A stretch of DNA of 64,000 nt, from positions 218 through 64,217 of the forward strand of contig JBFMHM010000003.1 in the NCBI GenBank assembly GCA_040753015.1. The letters are read 5' to 3'. Numbering within the stretch: position 1 is the first letter of the stretch; every line of letters starts with the position of its first letter. This document shows, one piece after another, positions 9,003 through 18,490 of this stretch. Below the pieces are notes generated by a model, which saw only the letters and a program-made list of their open reading frames with translations, did no database searches and was not told the origin of the DNA. The position numbers and the translations under genes were made by a program. The DNA comes from Candidatus Omnitrophota bacterium (GTDB taxonomy: Bacteria; Omnitrophota; Gorgyraeia; Gygaellales; JBFMHM01).

Positions 9003-9011
9003 AAAACTCAC

Positions 9012-9093
9012 GCGGAGGTGGCGGAACTGGCATACGCGCGGGTCTCAGAAGCCCGTGCCGCAAGGCTTGAGGGTTCAACTCCCTCCCTCCGCA
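9012..9093 (+). tRNA. tRNA-Leu (anticodon CAG), class II with long variable arm
   Basis: Folded by hand. Acceptor stem GCGGAGG/CCTCCGC. Anticodon stem CGGGT/GCCCG with loop CTCAGAA, giving anticodon CAG. A 13-nt variable arm carries the gcc/ggc stem. T-arm GAGGG-TTCAACT-CCCTC. Discriminator is A. CCA is not encoded. Confidence 0.85.
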
Positions 9094-9094
9094 T

Positions 9095-9913
9095 TTATTG
9101 GCTCACCCGTCCTGGCATTGCTTCTAAATTTAAATAATCATCAAAATCAACGCCCTTACCCATCGCGTGTTTCACAGCTGCGATACGTTCACTGGTAAAA
9201 GGATGTGTTCTATCATAAGAAAATGGACGTGTAGGGCCTCTTTGATTAATTTTATGAAGCCGGTTTAAAAGTGCAATCATTTTATCTGGATTATAACCTG
9301 CTTTCAGCATATATTTTGCGCCTAATTTATCTGCTTGATACTCATCTTCTTTTGAATAACCTAACAAAATTTGATTAAAAGCAACGTCTATACCCTGGCC
9401 AACATTGCCTGTTTGGGGAGTCGAAGCAACTAAGACTCTTGCCAGCATATATCCCCACATTGCCTGAAGTTTTTTTATCGCATGACGAGCTGTAATATGA
9501 GCTACTTCGTGCGCCAAAATTCCAGCCAGTTCATCATCGTCATCGCCAATTTTATCTAACATTCCTTTAAAAACATAAACATACCCTCCGGGGAGCGCAA
9601 ATGCATTTACTTCATCAACCTTTAAAACTTTAAAATGATATCTTAAATCCTTTCTATCACATACCTCGGCAATTCTTTGCCCAATTTGATTAACGCGCTC
9701 CTGTACGAAGCTATCGTCCAAAACCTTAAATTCTTTTTCTACCTCTTTGCTTAAATTATACCCCATCACCTGTTCTTTCTCTGTGGAATAAATATATAAT
9801 TCTTGCTTTCTCGTCGCAAGATTATATTCAGAAGTAACACAACCCAACAAACCAGATAAAAGAAATAAGATAAAAGAAATAAGATAAAACCTATTAAACA
9901 ATATTAACCCCAA
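9095..9913 (-). CDS. M48 family zinc metallopeptidase, probable lipoprotein
   Basis: HEVAH zinc motif (ILAHEVAHITARHA). N-terminal signal with lipobox LLGC. 272 aa. Confidence 0.8.
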   Translation of the reverse strand: MGLILFNRFYLISFILFLLSGLLGCVTSEYNLATRKQELYIYSTEKEQVMGYNLSKEVEKEFKVLDDSFVQERVNQIGQRIAEVCDRKDLRYHFKVLKVDEVNAFALPGGYVYVFKGMLDKIGDDDDELAGILAHEVAHITARHAIKKLQAMWGYMLARVLVASTPQTGNVGQGIDVAFNQILLGYSKEDEYQADKLGAKYMLKAGYNPDKMIALLNRLHKINQRGPTRPFSYDRTHPFTSERIAAVKHAMGKGVDFDDYLNLEAMPGRVSQ

Positions 9914-10469
9914 TTTTTTTTAACATTTTACCAAGTTTATAGACTGGCAAACCAACAACATTATAATAATCACCTTCTATACGTTTAATAAATAATGCAC
10001 CCTTGCCCTGAATATCAAAACCTCCAGCTAGATTATATGGTTTTACGTGTAAGAAATAAGCATTAATTTCAGCATCACTTAATTTTTCTAAATAAATTTT
10101 TGTCTTTTCCCAAGAAACAATTGTCTTACCAGTTAAAATATCAATTACAGCAATCCCTGAATAAACTAAATGCGGCCTTTTCGAAAATCGTCTTAACATT
10201 TGACGAGCTTCTTTAATATTAACAGGTTTACCAAAAGTTTGCTTGCCATCTAAAACAACTGTGTCTGAAGCAACAATAACCCCATGGTTAAACTTTGTTG
10301 CCACATCTTTTGCTTTATCTAAAGCATTTGCCATAACCATAACAGCGCAACTGGTTTTAATTTCTCTTCTTTCTCTTATATGCGAAGGAAAAACCTTAAC
10401 CTTAAACCCTAAATTTTCCAAGATTTCTTTTCGCGCCTTTGATTTTGATGCTAATATTAATTCTCTCAT
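9894..10469 (-). CDS. maf: Maf-like nucleoside triphosphate pyrophosphatase
   Basis: N-terminal LILASKSKARKEIL and overall 191-aa Maf architecture. Confidence 0.85.
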   Translation of the reverse strand: MRELILASKSKARKEILENLGFKVKVFPSHIRERREIKTSCAVMVMANALDKAKDVATKFNHGVIVASDTVVLDGKQTFGKPVNIKEARQMLRRFSKRPHLVYSGIAVIDILTGKTIVSWEKTKIYLEKLSDAEINAYFLHVKPYNLAGGFDIQGKGALFIKRIEGDYYNVVGLPVYKLGKMLKKIGVNIV

Positions 10470-11695
10470 AATTTACCTACATAACTACCCGCTAAATAGC
10501 CTGTTGAAAATGCTGCTTGAATATTATACCCGCCGGATATCCCGTCAATATCAATTACCTCTCCGCAAAAATACAACCCTTTAATAATCTTTGACTGCAT
10601 TGTTTTTGGGTCTATTTCTTTAGTAGCCACTCCACCTTTTGTTACCATTGCTTCTTCTAAAGGCAAAGTTTTTATTACAGTTACCGGCAATCTTTTTAAT
10701 AACCCTATAATCTTTAACCGTTCTTCTCTTGTAATTTGACATAATTTTTTATTTTCATCAACCCTGCTTAAATTAATAAAAACTAGAATCAATTTTCTGG
10801 GCAACAATTCTTTTAAATAATTTTTATACAAAAGAGCTGTATTTTTAAAATCTTTTAGCAATCTTGCTTCGAGTTCTTGTTCGCTCAAAGCTGGCTTTAA
10901 ATCAATAGTTAGCTCAACTTCACCATTAGTTAACCAATCAGAAATTTTACCGCTCAAATCTAATACAAGCGGCCCAGAAATCCCGAAATGCGTAAATAAC
11001 AATTCACTAATAGTTGATTTTATTTTATGTTTGCCTTGTTTAAAAGTTAATTGAATATTGATTAAAGTCAGGCCTTGAAGTTCTTTTACAAATTGTTCTT
11101 TCGTAACTAATGGCACAAGCCCTGCTTTTAAATCGATTATTGTATGCCCTAAATGTTTTATTATATCAAAAAATTCTCCGCTTGATCCAGTATGAGAAAA
11201 GCTTTTTCCGCCGGTCGCAACTATTATGGCATCAGCTACATAAATCTTGCCATTATCTAAAACTACGCTTTTTACTTTTGCTCGTTCTACTAAAATATCT
11301 TTTACCAAAGAATTACAAATTATTTTTACATTATAATCCGTAAGATACTTTTTTAATACTTCTAACACGCTGGACGCCTTATCATCAGCAGGAAAAATCC
11401 TATCCTGCCTTTCAACCTTAAGTGCCAAACCTTTATCCTCAAAAAATTTAATTAGATCAGGATAAAAGAAATATTTAAACGCGTCACGTAAGAATTCACC
11501 ATTATGAATATTTTTAATAAACTCCGAGATTCCTTTTGCGTTTGAAAGGTTACCTCTGGTTTTGCCACTTATTAAAAGTTTATTTGCTAAGGTTGGTTTT
11601 TTTTCAAAAAGAATAACGTTTTTTTTATGTTTTGCGGCTTGGATTGCTGCCATTATTCCGGCTGGACCTGCACCTATAACAATAACATCTGGCAT
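10466..11695 (-). CDS. NAD(P)/FAD-dependent oxidoreductase, HI0933/BaiN-like flavoprotein
   Basis: N-terminal dinucleotide-binding motif VIVIGAGPAGIMAA. 409 aa, with the family's typical C-terminal GGYN segment. Confidence 0.8.
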   Translation of the reverse strand: MPDVIVIGAGPAGIMAAIQAAKHKKNVILFEKKPTLANKLLISGKTRGNLSNAKGISEFIKNIHNGEFLRDAFKYFFYPDLIKFFEDKGLALKVERQDRIFPADDKASSVLEVLKKYLTDYNVKIICNSLVKDILVERAKVKSVVLDNGKIYVADAIIVATGGKSFSHTGSSGEFFDIIKHLGHTIIDLKAGLVPLVTKEQFVKELQGLTLINIQLTFKQGKHKIKSTISELLFTHFGISGPLVLDLSGKISDWLTNGEVELTIDLKPALSEQELEARLLKDFKNTALLYKNYLKELLPRKLILVFINLSRVDENKKLCQITREERLKIIGLLKRLPVTVIKTLPLEEAMVTKGGVATKEIDPKTMQSKIIKGLYFCGEVIDIDGISGGYNIQAAFSTGYLAGSYVGKL

Positions 11696-12244
11696 TTACT
11701 TAAAGTCAGCACGGGTGAATAAAGAAATAAGCTGGCAATTTTTTTGGGCAAGCGCCTCTTTTGCTCCTTCTTGGCGGTCAATTACAACAATTGCTTTTTC
11801 AACTTCAATATTTTCCTTATCTAAAACACCTATCGCTTCGATTAATGACCCGCCAGAAGTTGCCACGTCATCAATTAGAATTACTTTTGAACCATTTGGA
11901 ATACTCGGCCCTTCAATCTGCTTGGCCATGCCATGGGCTTTAGCGGTCTTTCTGACAATAAATGTATTTATTGGTTTATTATTTTCAAAACTTACAGTTG
12001 CAATTGCCCCAACAAGTGGATCTGCGCCAATAGTTGGCCCGCCAATTGCACTGATATTTTCATTTTTAATTAAATCAAAAATAATTTTCCCGCAAAGGTA
12101 AGCCCCTTCGGCAGAAAGCGTAACCACACGGCAATCAACATAAAAATTGCTGATTTTCCCGCTAGAAAGCTTTACTTCACCTTTTTTATAGGCAAATTTC
12201 ACCAATAACTCAAGCAATCTTGCTTTATCATTCTGCATAATCAT
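11696..12244 (-). CDS. pyrE: orotate phosphoribosyltransferase
   Basis: 182 aa. FKLSSGKISNFYVDCR and the PRPP-binding loop VILIDDVATSGGS. Confidence 0.9.
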   Translation of the reverse strand: MIMQNDKARLLELLVKFAYKKGEVKLSSGKISNFYVDCRVVTLSAEGAYLCGKIIFDLIKNENISAIGGPTIGADPLVGAIATVSFENNKPINTFIVRKTAKAHGMAKQIEGPSIPNGSKVILIDDVATSGGSLIEAIGVLDKENIEVEKAIVVIDRQEGAKEALAQKNCQLISLFTRADFK

Positions 12245-12377
12245 TAATTCTACGATATTTATATACCTCTGTCAATTGTAAACAAAAAACCCTAAGTTAG
12301 TTGTTCCTTTGAAAGTTTTAGTTTGACCGGGATTAAGTAGATCATGAGAATTTTGAATTTTTTATTTTTAATCTTAA

Positions 12378-13673
12378 TTACATATACCAACAGGGATAAA
12401 AAAGCACGGTGCTTTTATTAATCTTTATCTTTTTTTGATAACCAACGGTTAAAATTAATGCTTTATCGGGCTGGTATGCTTCAATAAAATTCCTGAAACT
12501 TTTTGTAATTTCTGGGGAATTAAGATTAGAAAATTTTATCTCAACCGGCAATATTTTATTATTATTTAATTCAAGGATAAAATCAACCTCGGCCTTGCCC
12601 AGTGTCCGCCAATAACGAATTGATTCTACTTGAGGATAAATTTGATTAAAAATAGTATTTTCTACTAAAAGCCCTGCATCGCTTCTTATATCAAAAGTAT
12701 TAAAATTATTTATGATATAATTTCGTAGACCGGTGTCAGAAAAATAAATTTTTGGATTCTTCTTAAGCTCGGTAGTTTTATTTTTAAAGTAGGGCCTAAT
12801 TTGCCTAATTACAAAAGTTTCCTCTAAGATATTTAGCCATTTTTTCGTTCTTTTAAAATAGCTTTTTGAATCTGTGGTTAAACTATGATAATTAAGCAAT
12901 CCGCCAATTTGATTTGATAACAATTTTAAAATCGTCCTAAAATCAGAAATATCTCCAATATGGAGAAGTTCAATGATATCTTTTGAAATATATGTATCAT
13001 ATATATTTTTAAGAATGATTTTTTTTGTTTCTGTATTAGAGGCCTTCACAACTTCCGGATAGCCCCCAAAGGTAGCATAATCTTCAAAATATTGCCTTAG
13101 TTCTTTTTCGTAAATACTTCCTCTTATTTCTAAATCAGCGCTATTTAAAATAAAATTTTTTAGTTTACTTGATTCTTCTAAATAGTTATTAAATATATTC
13201 TGCTCTTTTGTCTGCAAAAATTCCGCAAAACTAAATTGATAAAGATGAAAAGAAAATAAACGGCCAACGAGATATTTGGCGCAAGCGGCTGTCAGTTCTA
13301 AAGACGAAGAACCGGTTATAATAAATTTAATGTTTTCGTAAATATCATAGAGTAACTTAATTTTTTGGCCGCCGTCTTCTAAATATTGAAACTCATCAAT
13401 CAAAAAATAAAATTTTTGATCTGCCTTGTCGGCTATAAAACTTTTCACGTAAGACTTTGGGTCTTTACTAAAATTCTCTAATATATCCCTATCTTCAAAA
13501 TTCAAATAGATAATTGTTTTAGGGTCAACTTTCCTTTTTGTTTCTAAATACTCTTTAAGTATCTTAAGTAAGGTCGTCTTTCCGGATTGACGCGGGCCTT
13601 TGATTGCAATAATCTCTCTTCTATCAAGCCACTTTTCAACTTCCCCTTCAAGCCTTCTTTTTAAATACTCCAT
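12378..13673 (-). CDS. AAA+ ATPase with DUF4143-type C-terminal domain (paralog 1)
   Basis: Walker A GPRQSGKTTLLK, Walker B FLIDEFQY, and a long C-terminal region. 431 aa. Confidence 0.75.
   Translation of the reverse strand: MEYLKRRLEGEVEKWLDRREIIAIKGPRQSGKTTLLKILKEYLETKRKVDPKTIIYLNFEDRDILENFSKDPKSYVKSFIADKADQKFYFLIDEFQYLEDGGQKIKLLYDIYENIKFIITGSSSLELTAACAKYLVGRLFSFHLYQFSFAEFLQTKEQNIFNNYLEESSKLKNFILNSADLEIRGSIYEKELRQYFEDYATFGGYPEVVKASNTETKKIILKNIYDTYISKDIIELLHIGDISDFRTILKLLSNQIGGLLNYHSLTTDSKSYFKRTKKWLNILEETFVIRQIRPYFKNKTTELKKNPKIYFSDTGLRNYIINNFNTFDIRSDAGLLVENTIFNQIYPQVESIRYWRTLGKAEVDFILELNNNKILPVEIKFSNLNSPEITKSFRNFIEAYQPDKALILTVGYQKKIKINKSTVLFYPCWYM
12398..12416. terminator. bidirectional rho-independent terminator-like hairpin between the ATPase gene and pyrE
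   Basis: Perfect palindrome AAAAGCAC-g-GTGCTTTT flanked by T-runs on both strands. It overlaps the last codons of the 12378..13673 ORF. Confidence 0.4.
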
Positions 13674-13770
13674 AAAAACTCCTTTTTCCTATATTTGCTA
13701 ACTATCTGTTAATAAATATAGCATTAAAATTAACAATTGTCAAATATTTATTTACTTTCCCGCATTATTT

Positions 13771-13779
13771 TGTTATAAT
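13771..13779 (+). promoter_or_regulatory. extended -10 promoter (TGtTATAAT) directly abutting the helicase start codon
   Basis: TGTTATAAT at 13771..13779 ends 6 nt before the ATG at 13786. No Shine-Dalgarno sequence in between (TTTTTT). Confidence 0.3.
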
Positions 13780-13785
13780 TTTTTT

Positions 13786-15660
13786 ATGCTTTACGACCCA
13801 TTCCAGAAAGAGGCGATTGATTATATCAATCAGGGATATTCTGTAATTGTTTCTGCACCAACCGGCGCAGGAAAAACTGCGATTGCCGAACACATTATTA
13901 ACGAATCAATCATCCAAGAGCAAGGCGTAATTTATACTGCACCAATAAAAACGCTCTCTAATCAAAAATTCCGTGATTTCCAAGCACGATTCAACGAAAA
14001 TGTTGGCATCCTAACTGGTGATGTTTCTTTAAATCCCCATGCCCATATACTAATTATGACTACTGAGATATTTCGTAACAAAATTTTAGATGAACCAGAA
14101 TCACTATCTAAATACCACTGGGTAATTTTTGATGAAATCCATTATATCGATAATCCCGAACGCGGCACTGTCTGGGAAGAATCTCTTATATTTATGCCGC
14201 CGCACATCAAGATACTTGCGCTTTCTGCAACTATCCCAAATATAAAACAATTTGCATTGTGGATTGAAACAATACATAAAAAACCAATTAAGGTAGTTAT
14301 TGAGGACAAACGGCCTGTACCGTTGCATTTTTTCTTTCAATCTAATAACGAAGTAGTTGATAATTTAAATAAGGTAAAAAAGTCATTCCACGGCCGCCCA
14401 AATAAGTTAAACACGTTAATAAATTATATTCGTAGAAAAGACGGCCTGCCCTGTATATATTTTGTCTTTGGCAGGCGCCGTGCAGAAGATTTAGCATATG
14501 AACTATATAGCCATAATTTTCTAAACACTGAAGAAAGAAACGCAATAATCGAACTCTATGATTCATTATGTAAGCGTTTTGATCTGATACATGAAAAAAG
14601 CTCAATAAGTATGCAGCCTCTAATCCAAAACGGCATCGCCTTTCATCATGCTGGAATGCTCCCTACTTTAAAAGAAGTAATCGAGCGGCTTTTTACAAGC
14701 CGCCTTTTAAAAGTAATATTTACTACGGAAACATTTGCCTTAGGTATTAATATGCCTAGCCGATCGGTTATCTTCGATGACCTAAGAAAATTTTATGGCC
14801 GTTATGTGAGAAACCTAAAAACCCGTGATTTTTATCAAATGGCTGGCCGCGCCGGCAGACGCGGAATTGATAAAGAAGGATTTATTTATTGCCGAATAAA
14901 TCCTCATAAAATCAGCATTAATGAAGTAAAGCAAATAATCTATTCACGGCCAGAAGAAGTACGCTCTCAACTAAATAACTCATACGCCACAATATTAAAT
15001 TTATATGAAATTTATAAAGATAATATTTTTAAAATTTATCCATACTCTCTACACTATTTCCAGGGCCGTAAAAACGACCAGAAAGAAGCCCTACGCTTAA
15101 TTGAAGCAAAATTAAGACTATTGCATGACTTCGGTTATATAAAAAATAATGAAATAACAGATAAGGGTGAGTTCGCAAAAAACGTTTATGGCTATGAATT
15201 AATCCTATCCGAACTGTACATGCAGGGGTATTTAGAAAAATTTAGTAACACCGAACTTGGTATTATCTGTTCAGCGGTTGTTTTTGAGCCGAGAAAAAAT
15301 CAACGCCTGCCAAGACTTTCGAATAACGTAAAACAAATAAAAACGATATGTGAGCAATTATATGCTGAAATACGATACGCTGAACAAAAATTAAAAATAT
15401 ACCCTTATTCTAAACTCCCCTATTTTAATCTAAGCCCGAGTATCGAAGCTTGGATAAGCGGGGAAAATTTTCAAAAAACTCTTCAATTAGGTGATACTGA
15501 TGAAGGAGAAATCATCAGATATTTCCGTATGTCGGTTCAAATCTTAAGGGAAATAAATAAAGCTAAGATATCGTCTAACAGCCTAAAACAAAAAACTAGC
15601 CAAACAATTCAATCTTTAAACAGAGATATTATTGATGCAGAAAAACAATTACGCAGCTAA
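13786..15660 (+). CDS. Ski2/Mtr4/HelY-like superfamily-2 helicase (DEIH box)
   Basis: Motif I SAPTGAGKT. Motif II DEIHYIDNPERGTVWEESLIFMP, closely resembling the Ski2/Mtr4 DEVHY..ERGVVWEE signature. Motif VI QMAGRAGRRG. 624 aa. Confidence 0.8.
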   Translation: MLYDPFQKEAIDYINQGYSVIVSAPTGAGKTAIAEHIINESIIQEQGVIYTAPIKTLSNQKFRDFQARFNENVGILTGDVSLNPHAHILIMTTEIFRNKILDEPESLSKYHWVIFDEIHYIDNPERGTVWEESLIFMPPHIKILALSATIPNIKQFALWIETIHKKPIKVVIEDKRPVPLHFFFQSNNEVVDNLNKVKKSFHGRPNKLNTLINYIRRKDGLPCIYFVFGRRRAEDLAYELYSHNFLNTEERNAIIELYDSLCKRFDLIHEKSSISMQPLIQNGIAFHHAGMLPTLKEVIERLFTSRLLKVIFTTETFALGINMPSRSVIFDDLRKFYGRYVRNLKTRDFYQMAGRAGRRGIDKEGFIYCRINPHKISINEVKQIIYSRPEEVRSQLNNSYATILNLYEIYKDNIFKIYPYSLHYFQGRKNDQKEALRLIEAKLRLLHDFGYIKNNEITDKGEFAKNVYGYELILSELYMQGYLEKFSNTELGIICSAVVFEPRKNQRLPRLSNNVKQIKTICEQLYAEIRYAEQKLKIYPYSKLPYFNLSPSIEAWISGENFQKTLQLGDTDEGEIIRYFRMSVQILREINKAKISSNSLKQKTSQTIQSLNRDIIDAEKQLRS

Positions 15661-16345
15661 CAAAAGTTATGTTAAAAAAATATCTGACTCTTTGGCTAAT
15701 ATAATTTTTCCTCATATCTGCCTTGTGTGTAAAAAAAGATTACTCGATAAAAAACAAGTTATCTGCGCAAGTTGTGAGAAAAAATTCGCGGTTAAGCGCC
15801 TGAGCGCGCCGGAAAATTTTAAAAAATTTCATCTAGATTCCTCTAATAGCGTCTTTATTTATCAAGAACCTGTATCCAGCTTAATCTGCCTTTTTAAATA
15901 TAAAGCAAAATTATCACTGGGTAATTTTTTTGGCCAGAAAATGGTTGAATACATTAAAAACTTCCCTCTATTGAATAATATTGATATAATTGTTCCTATA
16001 CCCCTGCATCAAAAAAGGCTTAGAGAAAGAGAGTTTAATCAGGCTGAAATTTTGGCAGGAATAATTTCTAGAGAGTATAATTTTAAATTGGAATCTAAGG
16101 CAATAGTTAGAATTCATATGAAAAACGTTCAAAGTTCACTTAAAAAAGATAAAAGGTTCGAGAATATTAAAGGGGCATTTAAAATAAAGCAAGATATTTT
16201 TAGAAACAAAAATATCTTGCTTGTTGACGACGTTTTTACAACAGGCGCAACCCTATCTGAAGCAGCGCTTACATTAAAAGAAGCTGGGGCAAGCCAAGTT
16301 CGTGCGTTTACCCTAGCAAGGACAATAAATGAGAATATTGCGTGA
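15632..16345 (+). CDS. comF: ComF family protein (ComFC-like phosphoribosyltransferase with N-terminal double zinc ribbon)
   Basis: CLVCKK...CASCEKKF zinc ribbon, then the type-I PRT PRPP loop ILLVDDVFTTGATL. 237 aa. Overlaps the helicase 3' end by 29 nt. Confidence 0.8.
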   Translation: MMQKNNYAANKSYVKKISDSLANIIFPHICLVCKKRLLDKKQVICASCEKKFAVKRLSAPENFKKFHLDSSNSVFIYQEPVSSLICLFKYKAKLSLGNFFGQKMVEYIKNFPLLNNIDIIVPIPLHQKRLREREFNQAEILAGIISREYNFKLESKAIVRIHMKNVQSSLKKDKRFENIKGAFKIKQDIFRNKNILLVDDVFTTGATLSEAALTLKEAGASQVRAFTLARTINENIA

Positions 16346-17417
16346 TTATGTTTTAAATGAGTTTTGGGGGCCTTTTCTAGGTTGTTTAGGTGTTATGACT
16401 ATAGTCATGGTTTTAGGCAACCTAATCAAGCTTGCTAATATGGTAATTAACCGCGGCGTAAATATAATTATCATAGGAAAACTATTTATGTATCTTCTAC
16501 CATTTCTGTTGTCTTATACTATCCCCATCAGTATGCTTTTAGCTGCCTTGATTTGTTTAGGTAGGCTTTCTTCAGATAATGAAATTATAGCAATACAGGC
16601 AAGCGGCATTAACACTTTTAGAATTATCCTACCATTAATTATTATTTCTTTTATCTTAAGCTTATTTTTACTTATTTTAAATGACCGTATTATCCCAAAA
16701 GTGCATTATGCCTCAAGAAAAACCGTTGAAGAAATCGGCTTAAAAAGCCCGGCTGCCGCTCTTGAGCCAGGTACCTTTATAGACGCATTCCAGGGCAATA
16801 TTATTTTTATTTATAGGATTGAAGGTAATAAGTTATATGATATACGTATATATCAGCCCGAAGAAGGAAAACCAACAAGAACTATAATTGCAAAACAAGG
16901 TGAATTTATTGCGTTGCCTGAAAGAAAAGCTATTAAGTTAAAACTAGTTGATGGATCAACAGATGAACCAGACCCAGAAAATCCAAAAAATTTCTATAAA
17001 CTAACATTTAAACAATATTTTATGACTATGGATTTGGCTAAAGTATCGCAAAAATTAGAAAAGAAACTCAAAGACATGACTGTTAAAGAATTAAAAAAAG
17101 AGGTTGTCAAATATCAAGCTAAGAAAGTGGATGTTAACCCACTTTACACAGAAATACACAGAAAGCTTGCTCTCTCTTTTGCCCCTCTAGCATTCATTCT
17201 AATCGGAGCTCCTCTCGCAATGGTAACGAAGCGCCGCCAAGTTTCAATAAATTTCGGCCTTGGTTTTTTTATTATAATGATTTATTACCTTCTAGTTCTT
17301 GCGTTTCAAGCGCTTTCAGTAGAAGCAAAAATTACGCCTGTGCTAGGAATGTGGATAACAAATATTATATTTATTTCAACCGGAAGCTATTTAATATATA
17401 AACAATGCGTATCATAG
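16329..17417 (+). CDS. LptF/LptG family LPS export permease
   Basis: YjgP/YjgQ-type architecture: three N-terminal TM segments, a periplasmic beta-jellyroll region, then C-terminal TMs. 362 aa. Confidence 0.8.
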   Translation: MRILRDYVLNEFWGPFLGCLGVMTIVMVLGNLIKLANMVINRGVNIIIIGKLFMYLLPFLLSYTIPISMLLAALICLGRLSSDNEIIAIQASGINTFRIILPLIIISFILSLFLLILNDRIIPKVHYASRKTVEEIGLKSPAAALEPGTFIDAFQGNIIFIYRIEGNKLYDIRIYQPEEGKPTRTIIAKQGEFIALPERKAIKLKLVDGSTDEPDPENPKNFYKLTFKQYFMTMDLAKVSQKLEKKLKDMTVKELKKEVVKYQAKKVDVNPLYTEIHRKLALSFAPLAFILIGAPLAMVTKRRQVSINFGLGFFIIMIYYLLVLAFQALSVEAKITPVLGMWITNIIFISTGSYLIYKQCVS

Positions 17418-18490
17418 ATAAGTATATTTTAAAATCTCAAGTTAAATTATTTATTGGGGCTGTCGGCTCTTTTTTCTTCCTTTATTTAATCATCGATATA
17501 TTGGGCCATCTCGATGATTATATAAAATTAAAGGTGCCGTTTAGCCTTCTTAAAACATATTATTTAAATTTTCTTCCCAGTATTTTCATACAAACTTCGC
17601 CTGTTGCCTGCCTGCTTGCAAGCCTATACACACTCGGAAAATTAAATAAGAATAACGAAATAATTGCTATGCGTTCTGCAGGTTTAAGTTTCTGGCAAAT
17701 TGCAAAGCCAATATTCAGCTTTGCCTTAATTTTAAGCGTATCTATATTTTATGTAAATGAAAAAATTGTACCGTCATCTGAAAGGAAAAATGCTACGATA
17801 AAAATGGATCTTGCTGCAGAAAAGGTAAACGTCAGTGAAAATACTCTAAAAAATCTAACCCTCTACGGCATGGATAATCGGCTTTTCTTCATAAATACCT
17901 TCGATTTTAAAAAGAAAAGAATGGAAGATATAATTATTTTAGAAGAAGATAACCGTCAGAACGTAAAATCAAAAATTATTGCTAAAGAGGCTGTGTATCG
18001 TGATGGACTTTGGAATTTTTACCAATGTTTCATATATGATTTTAAAAAAACATCTAACCCTGAACCAGAATTCTATCAAGAACATATAATAAATATTGCT
18101 GAAAAACCAGAAGATTTTCTAAAAGAACGGGCACGGCCGGAATTAATGAATTTGATCGAACTCAACAGTTATATTTGGCGGCTTTCTCAAAGCAATGTTC
18201 CACAGGTAATCAGAAATTTAAAAGTCGACCTATATCACAAAATACTTTTCCCTTTTACAAGCCTCGTACTTATACTTATCGGCATACCATTTACCTTTAT
18301 GACAAAGAAAAAAGTTGCTGTAATCGCGTCGTTCGGCATCTCTTTAATAATTGGTTTTCTTTATTTTGCAATTGATGCAATCAGTCTAGCTCTTGGAAAG
18401 GGCAAAATCCTGCCTCCGCTTATCGCGGCTTCGTTTAGTTATATTCTGTTTTCTTTTATCGGCTTTAAATTAATCCGCAAAATCCCTTAA
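17405..18490 (+). CDS. LptF/LptG family LPS export permease (second paralog)
   Basis: Same architecture as the preceding gene. 361 aa. Overlaps it by 13 nt, the typical lptF-lptG pair. Confidence 0.8.
   Translation: MRIIDKYILKSQVKLFIGAVGSFFFLYLIIDILGHLDDYIKLKVPFSLLKTYYLNFLPSIFIQTSPVACLLASLYTLGKLNKNNEIIAMRSAGLSFWQIAKPIFSFALILSVSIFYVNEKIVPSSERKNATIKMDLAAEKVNVSENTLKNLTLYGMDNRLFFINTFDFKKKRMEDIIILEEDNRQNVKSKIIAKEAVYRDGLWNFYQCFIYDFKKTSNPEPEFYQEHIINIAEKPEDFLKERARPELMNLIELNSYIWRLSQSNVPQVIRNLKVDLYHKILFPFTSLVLILIGIPFTFMTKKKVAVIASFGISLIIGFLYFAIDAISLALGKGKILPPLIAASFSYILFSFIGFKLIRKIP

Noticed and set aside
8932-9011. Looked for a glycine riboswitch upstream of the gcv operon
   Set aside because: Only 80 nt are available and they are occupied by the tRNA promoter. 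No tandem aptamer-like conserved stems were seen.
8974-9198. 74-aa plus-strand ORF overlapping the tRNA-Leu gene
   Set aside because: It spans the tRNA and runs antisense into the M48 peptidase gene. It is a frame artefact.
12392-12416. Considered that the palindromic hairpin at the 3' end of the ATPase ORF meant the ORF was mis-called or a pseudogene
   Set aside because: The reading frame is continuous with good Walker motifs upstream. Terminator hairpins overlapping the last codons are common, so the ORF is kept with a possible slightly earlier true stop.
13674-13785. Divergent intergenic region between the ATPase and helicase genes examined for an operator or ncRNA
   Set aside because: Only AT-rich promoter-like sequence was found (TTGTCA and TGTTATAAT). 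There are no convincing inverted repeats or structured RNA.
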